28,909 bases of DNA from a virus. Its lineage: Duplodnaviria > Caudoviricetes. This document shows positions 7,799-16,768 of this stretch, piece after piece. Made by a program: the position numbers and the translations under genes. Every line of letters begins with the position of its first letter. Positions within the stretch are counted from its first letter, which is position 1. The stretch spans positions 1 through 28,909 of IMG/VR virus record IMGVR_UViG_3300037851_000065; one strand, 5' to 3'. The notes under the pieces were generated by a model that was given only the letters and a program-made list of their open reading frames with translations, was not told where the DNA came from and did no database searches.

Positions 7799-9682
7799 CT
7801 GGTAATGCCTCTCCTCCCACGTCGTCGTCACCGTCACCCCCGCCGCCCCCGTCTCATCGTACTGCAGCACGTTATTCCCCACCTGCAAAGCCAGCCAGTC
7901 CCGCCGCACGCCCCCCACCAGCGTCAGCGCCTGGAACTGGTTGCTGTTATCCGCCAGGTAGATCACCGTCTTGTCATCCGTGTCCACCTCCAGCTCGCTG
8001 TTCACATCCATCGTGAACGCCAGCTGGATCGCCTTGCCGGTCGTCGTGTTGGTGATCGTGCAGCCCAGGTCGTAGCTGCTCTGCTCCGCCCCGATCGTCA
8101 GTGTCGGCGTGTACGTGCTGTTTAGGGTCAGCGTGCAGTCCGCCGCCTCCACGTACAAATACGCCGGGTCCGTCAGGCTCCCCCCCACCGCCAGGTACAG
8201 CATCACGAAATAGCTGCCCGCCGTCAGCGCCTCGTTATCGCTCCACGCCTCCCACGTGCTCACCACGCTCGGCTCGGCGATCGAATCCTCCGTCGTCCAG
8301 CTCGCCCCGTCCACGCTCGACAGGATCGCCGCCCCCCAGCTCGCCGCCAGGTTGTCCGACCGCTTCTCCCCGTTCGTGAAATTGGCATTCGTGATCCCGC
8401 ACGGGTTGTACATCTTCAAGCCCGACTTCCGCGCATAGTACGCGTTGCTCTTCACCCCCAGCTCCACCCACGGGTCCGCCAGCGCTCCCTGGTTCCCGCC
8501 GTAATATTCCGATACGCCCGGGAACGTCGCCTCCGTCCAGATTCCCGGCCTGGCCCCCGCCGAGTCCCGGAACGACGCATACACCCAGCTCCCGTTCGTC
8601 GAGCTGGCTAACGAGAAGATCGGCTCTTTAGTGCTGTCCACCGTCGGCGCTGTGGCTGCCGAATTCCCGTACAGAATGTGGATGTCGTGCTGCACCCACC
8701 ACGCCGTATCCCCCACGTCGTGCGCCGCCATGCTCGTCCCCCGCACCGCCCGCGTGCACCCCGTGAATTGCTTCGCCGCGTCGTTCCTCCCCGTAAAAGT
8801 GAACGCCTCCGAATCGATCATCAATATCCCCGAGCTCGGGAACCCGCTGGTATCCTCGTTGATCGTGATCGTCGTCACTGCCCCGCTGCTGGCGATCGCC
8901 GCCGTGATCGTTCCCTCCTGCTTCTGGTAGAACGTGATCGTGCACCATACCTTCGTCGTCGCCGTGTTGATCCCATCCAGCCAGCGGTCCACCTCCGTCC
9001 CGTCCACCTCCACCCGCAGGTCGTCCCCGTCCGCCTGCATCTTCGCCGCCCCGATCAGCGTCGCCGTGTCAAATCCATCCGCACAGATGTCGATCGGGTA
9101 ATCCACGTATGCCTGGCTCACCAGCCAGCGGATCGGCACCCACCGCCGGTACGTGTATCCGCCCGCCTTCCCGGACGTCGGCTTCACCTTGATCACCGGG
9201 TACGCGTCCATCTGCCCCCCATTCGCCAGCGTCTTCGTCTGCCCGCTCGCCGTAATCGTCCAGGTGTCCGTCGCCGCCGTGTTCTCCCGCCAAAACACGT
9301 CCCCGTCCACCCGCAGCGTCACCACGTAATGCAAGCCTGCGCTCAGCGCCACCTCGATTAATTCGATACACACCGCATACACGTAGCGGTCGTTCCCCCC
9401 GGCATAGTCCTCCACCAGCATCTTCTTCGGCGTCTCGTCGTCCGGGTCGAACCACTGGTTGAGCTGCTTCGTCAGCGTCTCCCGGCTCGCCACCGCCCGG
9501 ATATAAATATCCATATATAATAGCCTGCCCTGCCGCTCGATCCCCGCCACTGCCGGCTGGTATCCCTGCCGCCGCGCCATCTGCGCCTCAACCCTCGGAA
9601 TCCCGTAGAACGAATTCGTCAGAACCGTCTGATAATTACTTCCGTCATTGATATTATTCCCATCCCATGACTTAGCTTTCAT
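7796..9682 (-). CDS. Distal tail protein (Dit) with large internal insertion
   Basis: Follows the tape measure gene. Dit-like N-terminus (…NGGQMDAYPVIKV) and C-terminus (LEVDTDDKTV…WLALQVGNNVLQY…WEERH) separated by roughly 350 aa of extra domains. Confidence 0.75.
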   Translation of the reverse strand: MKAKSWDGNNINDGSNYQTVLTNSFYGIPRVEAQMARRQGYQPAVAGIERQGRLLYMDIYIRAVASRETLTKQLNQWFDPDDETPKKMLVEDYAGGNDRYVYAVCIELIEVALSAGLHYVVTLRVDGDVFWRENTAATDTWTITASGQTKTLANGGQMDAYPVIKVKPTSGKAGGYTYRRWVPIRWLVSQAYVDYPIDICADGFDTATLIGAAKMQADGDDLRVEVDGTEVDRWLDGINTATTKVWCTITFYQKQEGTITAAIASSGAVTTITINEDTSGFPSSGILMIDSEAFTFTGRNDAAKQFTGCTRAVRGTSMAAHDVGDTAWWVQHDIHILYGNSAATAPTVDSTKEPIFSLASSTNGSWVYASFRDSAGARPGIWTEATFPGVSEYYGGNQGALADPWVELGVKSNAYYARKSGLKMYNPCGITNANFTNGEKRSDNLAASWGAAILSSVDGASWTTEDSIAEPSVVSTWEAWSDNEALTAGSYFVMLYLAVGGSLTDPAYLYVEAADCTLTLNSTYTPTLTIGAEQSSYDLGCTITNTTTGKAIQLAFTMDVNSELEVDTDDKTVIYLADNSNQFQALTLVGGVRRDWLALQVGNNVLQYDETGAAGVTVTTTWEERHYQ

Positions 9683-9702
9683 CCTACCTCACCCTTCATC
9701 CC

Positions 9703-9740
9703 AATCCGTTCAATCCGTTCCCCAAATCCGTTGTCAGCCC
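9703..9740. repeat. Family C repeat, single composite unit
   Basis: AATCCGTTCAATCCGTTCCCCAAATCCGTTGTCAGCCC abutting the tape measure stop; same unit as the array at 14425-14679. Confidence 0.9.
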
Positions 9741-11603
9741 TCACTCCAGCCCCTTCAGCGCCTCTATCACACTCTGCCCGCTGTCCGCCTCGTTCACCGT
9801 CACCCCGCCGTACACCGTCACATTCGTGTTTCCCCCCGGCGCCAGGTCTTCTGGAGGTATCCGCGGCGCATTCGGGTTCGTGCTCCCTCCCGTATTCACC
9901 CGTGTCGTGTTGATCGTAATCCAGATCGTCTTCCCGTTCAGCGCGTCCATCCTCAACGCCATCTGCTTCAACTGCGTGTTGATCCCCTGGATCTTCAGCG
10001 CCCCATCCGCCGCATCCTTGATAATCAGCCTCAGCGCCTCATCGTACAGCTCCGCCGGCAGCAGCCCGAATCCCATACTGCGCGTGATCGCATCCAGCCC
10101 CTGCACCACCGCCCGGCTTTCCTCGTCCGCCAGCCCGAACTCCGTCTGCACCTGCTGCACCGCCGTGATGTAATCCGGCCAGGAGATCAATCCTTTCTCC
10201 TGCGCCTCGGTCAGCTTGTCGATTGCCGCCCCCGCGATCTCCGCGTTCGTCGCCCCTTTTAGGCTCTCCACCAGCTGCGAATTCGCCTTCCACGCGTTCT
10301 CCGCCGACTCCCGCTGCCTGGCTAACGCCTCCGCCACCCGCAGCGCCGCATCCGCCAGCTTCTGCTCCTCCGCTGCCAGCTTTAACGCATCGGCTTTTTC
10401 CCTTGCATCGTTCAACATATTGTGCTGTTCTACCAGTTTGGCAATCTCCAAAGAACTAAGAGATACCGCCCCTGAATATGCCTCAGTCGCTGTAGTAAGA
10501 GATTCCTCCGCTCTCGTTAAACCCAGCGCCGTAACCATCGTCGTGTCCATACCAATCATCAAGCCATACTGGGAAATTGTGGCTTGATCGCTTTGCTCGG
10601 TCAATTTGACTTGTTCTGCGGCCACATCAGCATATTTCGCACCGAGCAAACCCAGCGCAACCATTACAGCTAATACGACAGACCCCACACCACCTAAAGC
10701 AGTGATTAGTGGAGATAGAATTGTGGTGATTTTCCCTAAAATCGTCAGCAGCGGACCCGCCACCAGCACCAGCCCGCCGATCTTCACCGTCGTCGCCTGG
10801 ATCTCCGGGCTCAAATTCCCGAACCACTCCGCCAGGTCGCTGATCTCCGCCACCAGGTCTTCCGCAATCGGCAGCAGCGATGTCCCCAGCGACGCCGCCA
10901 CGTCCTGCAATCTCGCCTTCAAGATCCGCTGCTGGTTCGCCAGCCCGTCGCTCGTCCTGGCAAAATCCCCCTGCGCATTGCTCGTCTGCTCCATGATAAT
11001 GGCATACCGCGCCATCACCTTGTCCTGGCTGCTCAGCTCCTCCCCTACCTCTGCCAGCCCCATCTCCATCGCCTTCGCTTGCACCGCCGCCTCGCTCAGG
11101 TTTACCCCCAGCGTGCGCAGCGGCTCCGCCTCCCCCACCATCCCCGCCCGCAGCTTCTCCAGCGCCTCGGTCGGGTCGATATTATTAAAACTCGCCAGGT
11201 CTGCCGCCAGTTGCACCAGCCCCTGGCTCATATTCAATGATTCCTCGCTGGTTATCTCCAGCGCATCGAACAGGTTCCCAAACGTCCCCACCGCCTCCAG
11301 CGCCTCCCGCTGGCTCAACCCAAACGCTTCCGCCGCCGTCTTGCTCCACGTCTCGATCGCATCTGCATTCTCCCCGAAGACCACCCGCGTCTTATTCAGG
11401 CTTTCTTCCAGGTCGCTCGCCGCGTTCACCGCCGCCACCCCCACCGCCGCCAGCGGCAGCGTCAAACCCAGCGTCATCGCCTTCCCCGCCGACGCCATCT
11501 TCTTCCCCGTGTCCTGCACCCGCTTCTGCGCCTTCACCATCTCGTCGTCGAACTCGGACGTATCCCCGATCAGCTTCACCACCAGCTGCGCCAGCGTCGT
11601 CAT
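9741..11603 (-). CDS. Tail tape measure protein (620 aa)
   Basis: LVVKLIGDTS N-terminus, AADLASFNN, QGDFARTSD motifs, Ala/Leu-rich helices with a hydrophobic core; downstream of the chaperone pair. Confidence 0.93.
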   Translation of the reverse strand: MTTLAQLVVKLIGDTSEFDDEMVKAQKRVQDTGKKMASAGKAMTLGLTLPLAAVGVAAVNAASDLEESLNKTRVVFGENADAIETWSKTAAEAFGLSQREALEAVGTFGNLFDALEITSEESLNMSQGLVQLAADLASFNNIDPTEALEKLRAGMVGEAEPLRTLGVNLSEAAVQAKAMEMGLAEVGEELSSQDKVMARYAIIMEQTSNAQGDFARTSDGLANQQRILKARLQDVAASLGTSLLPIAEDLVAEISDLAEWFGNLSPEIQATTVKIGGLVLVAGPLLTILGKITTILSPLITALGGVGSVVLAVMVALGLLGAKYADVAAEQVKLTEQSDQATISQYGLMIGMDTTMVTALGLTRAEESLTTATEAYSGAVSLSSLEIAKLVEQHNMLNDAREKADALKLAAEEQKLADAALRVAEALARQRESAENAWKANSQLVESLKGATNAEIAGAAIDKLTEAQEKGLISWPDYITAVQQVQTEFGLADEESRAVVQGLDAITRSMGFGLLPAELYDEALRLIIKDAADGALKIQGINTQLKQMALRMDALNGKTIWITINTTRVNTGGSTNPNAPRIPPEDLAPGGNTNVTVYGGVTVNEADSGQSVIEALKGLE

Positions 11604-11617
11604 CTACCCATCCTCCA

Positions 11618-11737
11618 TGTCATTGCGAGCGCACCACCCCATGTCATTGCGAGCGCACTTTGCGAAGCAATCTCTTCGCGTCTTTCGCGTTCTTTCGCGT
11701 CCTTCGCGTTCCAAGCGTTCCAAACGTTCCAAACGTT
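11618..11737. repeat. Stacked family B (TGTCATTGCGAGCG…GCGAAGCAATC, partly duplicated) and family A (TTCGCG 9-mers + GTTCCAA x3) repeats
   Basis: Read directly; fills nearly the whole spacer between the chaperone extension and the tape measure gene. Confidence 0.9.
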
Positions 11738-12060
11738 CACCTGTTCATCACCGCCCACATCCTGAACTCCTCGTACAATTCCTTCTCCGTCTTCTGCGGT
11801 CTCTCCGTCTCCAGCCACGGGAACAGGTCCACCATCTCCACCGCCCTGCTCCCCTTCCTCCGGTACACGTTGCTCAAGATCGTCGCCGTCAACCCGCTGC
11901 GGTAATCCGCCTGCAGCTCCCCGAACGGCTCGATCCCCGCATACGCCGTCCACTCCGCAAACGTCCGGCTGCCCATCTCCCGCAGCATCCTGTGCGGGTC
12001 GGGCTGCCCCAGCGCCAGCGCCAGCCGGAACGCAAACCGCCGCCCCGGCTGGCGCCTCAG
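11737..12060 (-). CDS. Tail assembly chaperone frameshift extension (gpT-like)
   Basis: The -1 frame is open from the slippery site (LRRQPGRRFAFRLALALG…MLREMGSRTFAEWTAY…EPFG) to the stop at 11737. Confidence 0.85.
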   Translation of the reverse strand: MRRQPGRRFAFRLALALGQPDPHRMLREMGSRTFAEWTAYAGIEPFGELQADYRSGLTATILSNVYRRKGSRAVEMVDLFPWLETERPQKTEKELYEEFRMWAVMNR

Positions 12061-12413
12061 TTTTTTGCCAGCTCCTCCACCTCATCCGTTGACAGCGCAT
12101 TGATCCGGATCGCCGCCTCAGCCACCCGCTGCAGCGCCCGCGCCGACTGCCTGCCCAGCAGCTCCACGTCCTCCACCTCGAAGACCAGGTCGCCCTGCTC
12201 GTCCACAATCGACGCCGCTGCCAGCTTCGCCCGGAAGTTCGCCAGCGTTTTCTTCTTCCCCTTCCCCTGCTCGATAACCGCCGCCTCGAACAGGTCCCTC
12301 TGCGCCGCGCTGAACTCCTGCACGATCACCTCGCCCCCCCACTCCGGCACCGCCACCACCTCGCGCCGCAGCCCGTTCCTCGCCAGGATCTCCGCCCTCG
12401 TGAGTATCGTCAT
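12057..12413 (-). CDS. Tail assembly chaperone (gpG-like)
   Basis: VAVPEWGGEV and SIVDEQGDLVF motifs; between tail tube and tape measure; ends in the slippery sequence. Confidence 0.9.
   Translation of the reverse strand: MTILTRAEILARNGLRREVVAVPEWGGEVIVQEFSAAQRDLFEAAVIEQGKGKKKTLANFRAKLAAASIVDEQGDLVFEVEDVELLGRQSARALQRVAEAAIRINALSTDEVEELAKN
12060..12066 (-). other. Programmed -1 ribosomal frameshift site A AAA AAC
   Basis: GCA AAA AAC TGA at the chaperone 3' end; X XXY YYZ heptamer; the -1 frame joins the downstream ORF. Confidence 0.88.
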
Positions 12414-12506
12414 TCACACTCCTCCCGCTTTAGGAGTTCACCAATGGTATCTCGTGCTCCCCTTTCGCGTCCTTCGCGTTCATTCGCATCGTTCGTGTTC
12501 CAAACC

Positions 12507-12920
12507 CTACGTTATCGTCGCCGCCCCGCTCGGGTGGAACGTCACCACCGCCGTGAAAATATCCTCCTGCGGGCTGATACGCTCGATCGACTCCACGAAC
12601 GCCGAGAACTGGATCGTCTCGTTACCGTCCGGGTCAGCGATCTTATACGTGCTCGTCACATCCGTGCCAAACGCCGTCAGCAACGCCGCGTGGCTGGTCG
12701 CTGAATCGTCCCACGCCAGCGTCACCTCGAACGGTTCCAGCCGGCGCTTGCCCGTCGCCACCGCCTCGTAATAGCCGCCTGACGAATCGTGCGTCGTCGC
12801 ATCTGCCATCAATGCCGTCTGCTTTGGGAACTTCGCGTCGATGATCTTCGCCACCGCCGTGTACACCGTCCCCGAAAGATACTGCAACGTTAATCCGTAA
12901 CCGCCTTGTGATCCTGCCAT
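12507..12920 (-). CDS. Major tail tube protein
   Basis: DATTHDSSGGYYEAVATG and YKIADPDG…FSAFV motifs; 137 aa; synteny. Confidence 0.88.
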   Translation of the reverse strand: MAGSQGGYGLTLQYLSGTVYTAVAKIIDAKFPKQTALMADATTHDSSGGYYEAVATGKRRLEPFEVTLAWDDSATSHAALLTAFGTDVTSTYKIADPDGNETIQFSAFVESIERISPQEDIFTAVVTFHPSGAATIT

Positions 12921-13078
12921 TGTCTTCTCTCCTCAATCTCTAAAATGTCCTTGTGTTTCCCCTGCAAATGCCGCAGGGCCTTGTTGGGTAAAGTCGTGAT
13001 ATAGCCACAGTTCCAGCACTGCCAGAACCCGTCCATCCGTGGCACAAAATACGCCTCCAAATAATCCTCAATCTCCAT
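12890..13078 (-). CDS. Small C2H2-type zinc-finger protein (62 aa)
   Basis: GGAGGT SD before ATG 13078; C-x2-C-x12-H-x4-H (CWNC…HLQGKH). Confidence 0.6.
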   Translation of the reverse strand: MEIEDYLEAYFVPRMDGFWQCWNCGYITTLPNKALRHLQGKHKDILEIEERRQWQDHKAVTD

Positions 13079-13093
13079 CTCACCTCCCGATCC

Positions 13094-13121
13094 TGTCATT
13101 GCGAGCGAAGCGAAGCAATCT
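13094..13121. repeat. Family B REP-like element TGTCATTGCGAGCGAAGCGAAGCAATCT
   Basis: Overlaps the TAG stop of the tail completion gene; related copies at 11618-11672 and 14374-14425. Confidence 0.9.
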
Positions 13122-13518
13122 ATTCCCTGTACCTGATCGTGAACGTCCCCCGCACCGTGTAATGCGTCGTGCTCATCCCGTACCCATCAAACTCCGCCCC
13201 GAAAAATATCCCATCCACCGTCAATCCACCCGCACCTCCCATCGTCCCATCGAACGCAATCAGGCTGTCCTTAACCAGGTCCATCAGCTCCTTCGCCGTC
13301 TCGTACGTCCCCGCCTGCGCCGTGATCTGGATCACCGCCATCGCCGTCCCCACCTCCCCGTCGTGTGCCGTGTCCCTGCCCCCGTCCACCCGCTGGTAGG
13401 CAATCGCCGGCAGGCTCTGATCCTGCGGAATCACCATCGGGTACACCCGCGTGCTCGCCACCGCCGCCACATTCGCATCGTGCACCAGCTGATAATACAG
13501 CGCCTCTTCAATTAGCAT
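13120..13518 (-). CDS. Tail completion/terminator protein (DUF3168-like)
   Basis: RVYPMVIPQ…LPAIAYQRV…IQITAQA pattern; synteny. Confidence 0.85.
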   Translation of the reverse strand: MLIEEALYYQLVHDANVAAVASTRVYPMVIPQDQSLPAIAYQRVDGGRDTAHDGEVGTAMAVIQITAQAGTYETAKELMDLVKDSLIAFDGTMGGAGGLTVDGIFFGAEFDGYGMSTTHYTVRGTFTIRYRE

Positions 13519-13964
13519 TATTTCGCCACCCTCTCGATCGCATTCCAGAACGTCTTCATCATCGCCGCCTTCACCGCCTCCGTCTGGTTCTTCAGCGCCG
13601 GTCGGATAAACGGCGCCGCCGCCATCCCCGTGTGTTTCACCGAATTAACGATCACTTGCGCCCCGTCCATCTCGAACGCCAGCGCCCCCTTCACATCCGG
13701 CTCGATCTCGTGCGGCTGCGCCCCCGACTCGAATAATTGATAATACCAGTGCTCCTTGTCCGGCCCGATATCCACCTCCACCCGCGTGCTCCTCGCCTTG
13801 CGGATCGTATAGGTCATGTGCGGCCCCGGCCCCTGGCGCTTCATCTCCTCCTCCACCAGCCCCTCGCCCTGCAGCACCGCCTCCCGCAGCACCCGCTCCA
13901 CGCGCACGTTCAGCTCCCCAAGCTTCTTCCGCAGCTCCTCGATCCCCTCGATCTCAACCCTCAT
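13518..13964 (-). CDS. HK97 gp10-like neck protein
   Basis: VEIEGIEELRKKL…WYYQLFESGA…PFIRPAL. Confidence 0.88.
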   Translation of the reverse strand: MRVEIEGIEELRKKLGELNVRVERVLREAVLQGEGLVEEEMKRQGPGPHMTYTIRKARSTRVEVDIGPDKEHWYYQLFESGAQPHEIEPDVKGALAFEMDGAQVIVNSVKHTGMAAAPFIRPALKNQTEAVKAAMMKTFWNAIERVAK

Positions 13965-14012
13965 CTTTCGCGTCCTTCGCGCCTTTTCGCTTCATTCGTG
14001 TTCCAAGCCTCC

Positions 14013-14357
14013 TCACTCCGTCAGTTCGCTCGCCAGCACGCCCGTCTCCTGGCACATCAAGTGCAGCTCCCGCTGCCGCTCCAGCACGTGCACCACCGCT
14101 ATAATGTTGTACACGTGATTGCGGTACGTCACCCGCATCTCCGGCCCGATTCCGATATTGTCGTAACGTATCCGGATCCGGGTATCGATCGCCGCATCCA
14201 GCTGCCTCCCCTCCATGTACTCCCTGCCGCGCAAAGGCTCCACCGCCGCCCAGTACGTGTCCACCTCCACCCACGCGATCACCTCCTCCCCGTACGTGTT
14301 GCGCGTCACCGACTTCTTCTGCACCACCACCCGCTCCCGCAGCCATCCCGCCCTCAC
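14013..14357 (-). CDS. Head closure protein (SPP1 gp16-like)
   Basis: MRAGWLRERV…WAAVEPLRGRE…RIRIRY…MRV…YNI; GTG start. Confidence 0.92.
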   Translation of the reverse strand: MRAGWLRERVVVQKKSVTRNTYGEEVIAWVEVDTYWAAVEPLRGREYMEGRQLDAAIDTRIRIRYDNIGIGPEMRVTYRNHVYNIIAVVHVLERQRELHLMCQETGVLASELTE

Positions 14358-14373
14358 CTATTCACCTCCACCA

Positions 14374-14679
14374 TGTCATTGCGAGCGCCCCACCCCCTGT
14401 CATTGCGAGCGCAGCGAAGCAATCCCTCATCCGTTCAATCCGTTCCCCAAATCCGTTGACAGCCCTCATCCGTTCAATCCGTTCCCAATCCGTTCAATCC
14501 GCTCCCCAAATCCGTTGACAGCCCTCCCCAATCCGTTCAATCCGTTCCCTAAATCCGTTGACAGCCGTTCCCCAAATCCGTTGACAGCCCTCATCCGTTC
14601 AATCCGTTCAATCCGTTCCCCAAATCCGTTGACAGCCGCTCCCAAAATCCGTTGACAGCCGCTCCCCAAATCCGTTGAC
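14374..14679. repeat. Family B element (14374-14425) followed by a ~255-bp modular family C tandem array
   Basis: Seven AAATCCGTTGAC(AGCC) units interleaved with variable numbers of AATCCGTTC sub-units; 18 ATCCG(T/C)T cores counted by eye. Confidence 0.95.
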
Positions 14680-15263
14680 TACCACCCGAACACCCTGTAC
14701 GGATATAGCAACTTATCCACCCCCATCGGCAGCATGCTCACGTTCGGATTTCCCGCATAGCTCGCCTCCCGGTTCTCGTACAGGTGTCCGATCAGCAGCT
14801 TGATCGCCTCCTTGATCGGCCCCGGCACGCTGCTCGCCGCCGACCCGTACCCCGCCACGTAGCGCACCGTGATCGCCTGGTACGGGTACAGGCTATCCCC
14901 TGGCCAGCTCTGCCCCGGCTTCAGCGCCACCCTCCCCGGCGTCGTGCTCGTCACCGCGAAATAAACCGCCGAGCTCAGCGTGCTCGTGCTCCCGTCCGAG
15001 TACAGCTTGTACGTGATCGACGTGATCGAGATCAACTTTGGCATCGGCAGCTCCATATAGTCCCCCGGCCAATCGTCGATCTTGTAGTCCAGCGTCTGCG
15101 AGATCAGCGCCCGCCGCGTGATCTGCTCCACCATCTCCCTGGCGCTCGTAATCAACGCCGTGATCAGCGTGTCGTCGTCGGTAATGTCCACCCGCAGGTG
15201 TGCCTTCGCCTCTGTCAGGCTCACCGGCTCCAGCGCCGGCGCCGTGTAAACTTCAAGACCCAT
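14679..15263 (-). CDS. Head-tail connector/adaptor (phiE125 gp8 / HK97 gp6-like)
   Basis: EPVSLTEAKAHLRVD…RALISQT…YVAGYG…HLYENRE; start set at ATG 15263. Confidence 0.93.
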   Translation of the reverse strand: MGLEVYTAPALEPVSLTEAKAHLRVDITDDDTLITALITSAREMVEQITRRALISQTLDYKIDDWPGDYMELPMPKLISITSITYKLYSDGSTSTLSSAVYFAVTSTTPGRVALKPGQSWPGDSLYPYQAITVRYVAGYGSAASSVPGPIKEAIKLLIGHLYENREASYAGNPNVSMLPMGVDKLLYPYRVFGW

Positions 15264-15939
15264 AGGTGACCGCCTTTTCAACATATCGCCGTCTGATAAA
15301 CTCTTTCCGCTCTGCCATGAACGGCAGGTCCATCGAGAGCTGGTCGCTCCCCGTCCGCTTTGAGTACAGTGCCGTCACCTCTTTGAGGTGACGAAAATCC
15401 GTGTGCTCGCTCATCCGCAGCCACAGGTCCCAGTCCTCGTGGTTCGGCAGGCTCTCGTCGAAATACCCCGCCTCCCGGATCAGCTCCCGGTCGTGCAGGA
15501 TGCTGCAGATCGGCGTCAAATTGTGCTCCAGCAGCCGTTCCCGGCTGTAATCCACCGACAGCAGCCGCTCGAACCGCCGCTCGTCCTGCCAGAAATAAGA
15601 GTCCGAATACACCAGCCGGCAGCACCCCGACTGCCTCCGCCACCCGGTCAGCCGCTCCAGGTGCTGCGGCAGCCACATGTCGTCATCGTCCAGGTACGCA
15701 ATTAATATTCCCTGCGCCTCCCGGATCCCCGTGTTCCGCGCCGCCGGCAGTCCCTTGTGCGCCTGGTTGATCAGTCGCACGTCCCCGAAAAGTCGCACCA
15801 GATCGCGCACGTCCTCCCCGCCATCGTTGATCACGATCGCCTCGTAATCCCGGTACGTCTGCGCCCGGATGCTCGCCAGCGCCCGCGCCAGGTACCCCGG
15901 TCGGTTGAACGTCGGCACGATCACGCTGACCGTAGCCAC
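15253..15939 (-). CDS. Glycosyltransferase family 2
   Basis: VSVIVPTFNR, INDGG, AARNTGI, YLDDDD, EDWDLWLR; GTG start at 15939 with AAGGAG upstream. Confidence 0.93.
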   Translation of the reverse strand: MATVSVIVPTFNRPGYLARALASIRAQTYRDYEAIVINDGGEDVRDLVRLFGDVRLINQAHKGLPAARNTGIREAQGILIAYLDDDDMWLPQHLERLTGWRRQSGCCRLVYSDSYFWQDERRFERLLSVDYSRERLLEHNLTPICSILHDRELIREAGYFDESLPNHEDWDLWLRMSEHTDFRHLKEVTALYSKRTGSDQLSMDLPFMAERKEFIRRRYVEKAVTYGS

Positions 15940-16739
15940 TCGATCCACTCCTTCTCGTACAAACACGCCTCTCCCAGCGGATTGTCGATCCCCACGTACG
16001 GCATCCCCCGGTTGAAATGCTCCAGCGCCGCCTGCACATTCTCCGGCTCGAACGCCGCCCACGTCTCAATCTCCCGCAGCCGCACCACGTGCTCCTGCTT
16101 GCAGCGCTTCATGTGCAATCCGCTCCACCCCATGCACGTCCGCTCGTCTCCAATAAATAACGACTCAAATTTTCCCTGCCTGGTGAACGAATACACCGGG
16201 TCATTCGGGCACACGCACTCATCCCAGCCCGCATTCCTCGGATGCTTCACGCTGAACTCGTCCAGCCCCTCCCCCGCCACGTTCAGCACCACCCTCCCGT
16301 AATAATGTCGCCTCTCCGGTCTGCGTCTCACCGCCTCCACGATCCGCTCGAACGACGATAAACCGATCACGTCCCCCTCGATCTTCGCAATCCACGCATA
16401 ATTGCATACGCTGAACGCCCAGTTCGATAAATGCACCAGGTGCCCCGGCTTCTCCGGGTCCTTCTCGTAAAACCCTGGCGTGTCGATCCAGTCGATCTCG
16501 TACGGATAATATTCCACCCGCACCTTACCCGGGTGCTCCCGCTCCAGCCGCTCGGCGATCTCCACCGTATCGTCCATGCTCGGCTGCACCACCAGCACCG
16601 CCTCGTCCAGGTACGGCAAATGGCTCAAGATCGCCGCCTCCATGAACTCGCTCTCATCCCGCAGCCGGAAACACCCGCTGATTCCCATCGGCTTTTTCTC
16701 CCCCCACCTCCCCCAGTCCACCGCATAATCATTAATCAT
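15921..16739 (-). CDS. GT-A fold glycosyltransferase (reminiscent of CgtA-type beta-1,4-GalNAc transferases)
   Basis: ISGCFRLRDESEFMEAAILS…DEAVLV…DDTVEIA…WIAKIEGDV (DxD variant); start set at ATG 16739. Confidence 0.75.
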   Translation of the reverse strand: MINDYAVDWGRWGEKKPMGISGCFRLRDESEFMEAAILSHLPYLDEAVLVVQPSMDDTVEIAERLEREHPGKVRVEYYPYEIDWIDTPGFYEKDPEKPGHLVHLSNWAFSVCNYAWIAKIEGDVIGLSSFERIVEAVRRRPERRHYYGRVVLNVAGEGLDEFSVKHPRNAGWDECVCPNDPVYSFTRQGKFESLFIGDERTCMGWSGLHMKRCKQEHVVRLREIETWAAFEPENVQAALEHFNRGMPYVGIDNPLGEACLYEKEWIEWLRSA

Positions 16740-16768
16740 CCCTTTCGCGTCCTTCGCGTCCTTTCGCG

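Noticed and set aside
12060-12066. Chaperone frameshift as a novelty
   Set aside because: Well-known conserved feature of long-tailed phages; listed as a feature only.
10606-12771. Long plus-strand ORFs (e.g. 721 aa, also 18163..19710, 22083..23423, 25920..27065)
   Set aside because: Antisense shadows of well-supported minus-strand genes; the strand skew depletes stop codons and yields Ser/Pro/Arg-rich translations.
14466-14669. 67-aa ORF with NGFGER/NGLNG repeats, and plus-strand ORF 14215..14655
   Set aside because: These are translations of the DNA tandem array, with no independent coding evidence.
14425-14679. CRISPR or mini-CRISPR array
   Set aside because: The intervening sequences are themselves repeat sub-units of variable short length, not unique spacers; no cas genes are present.
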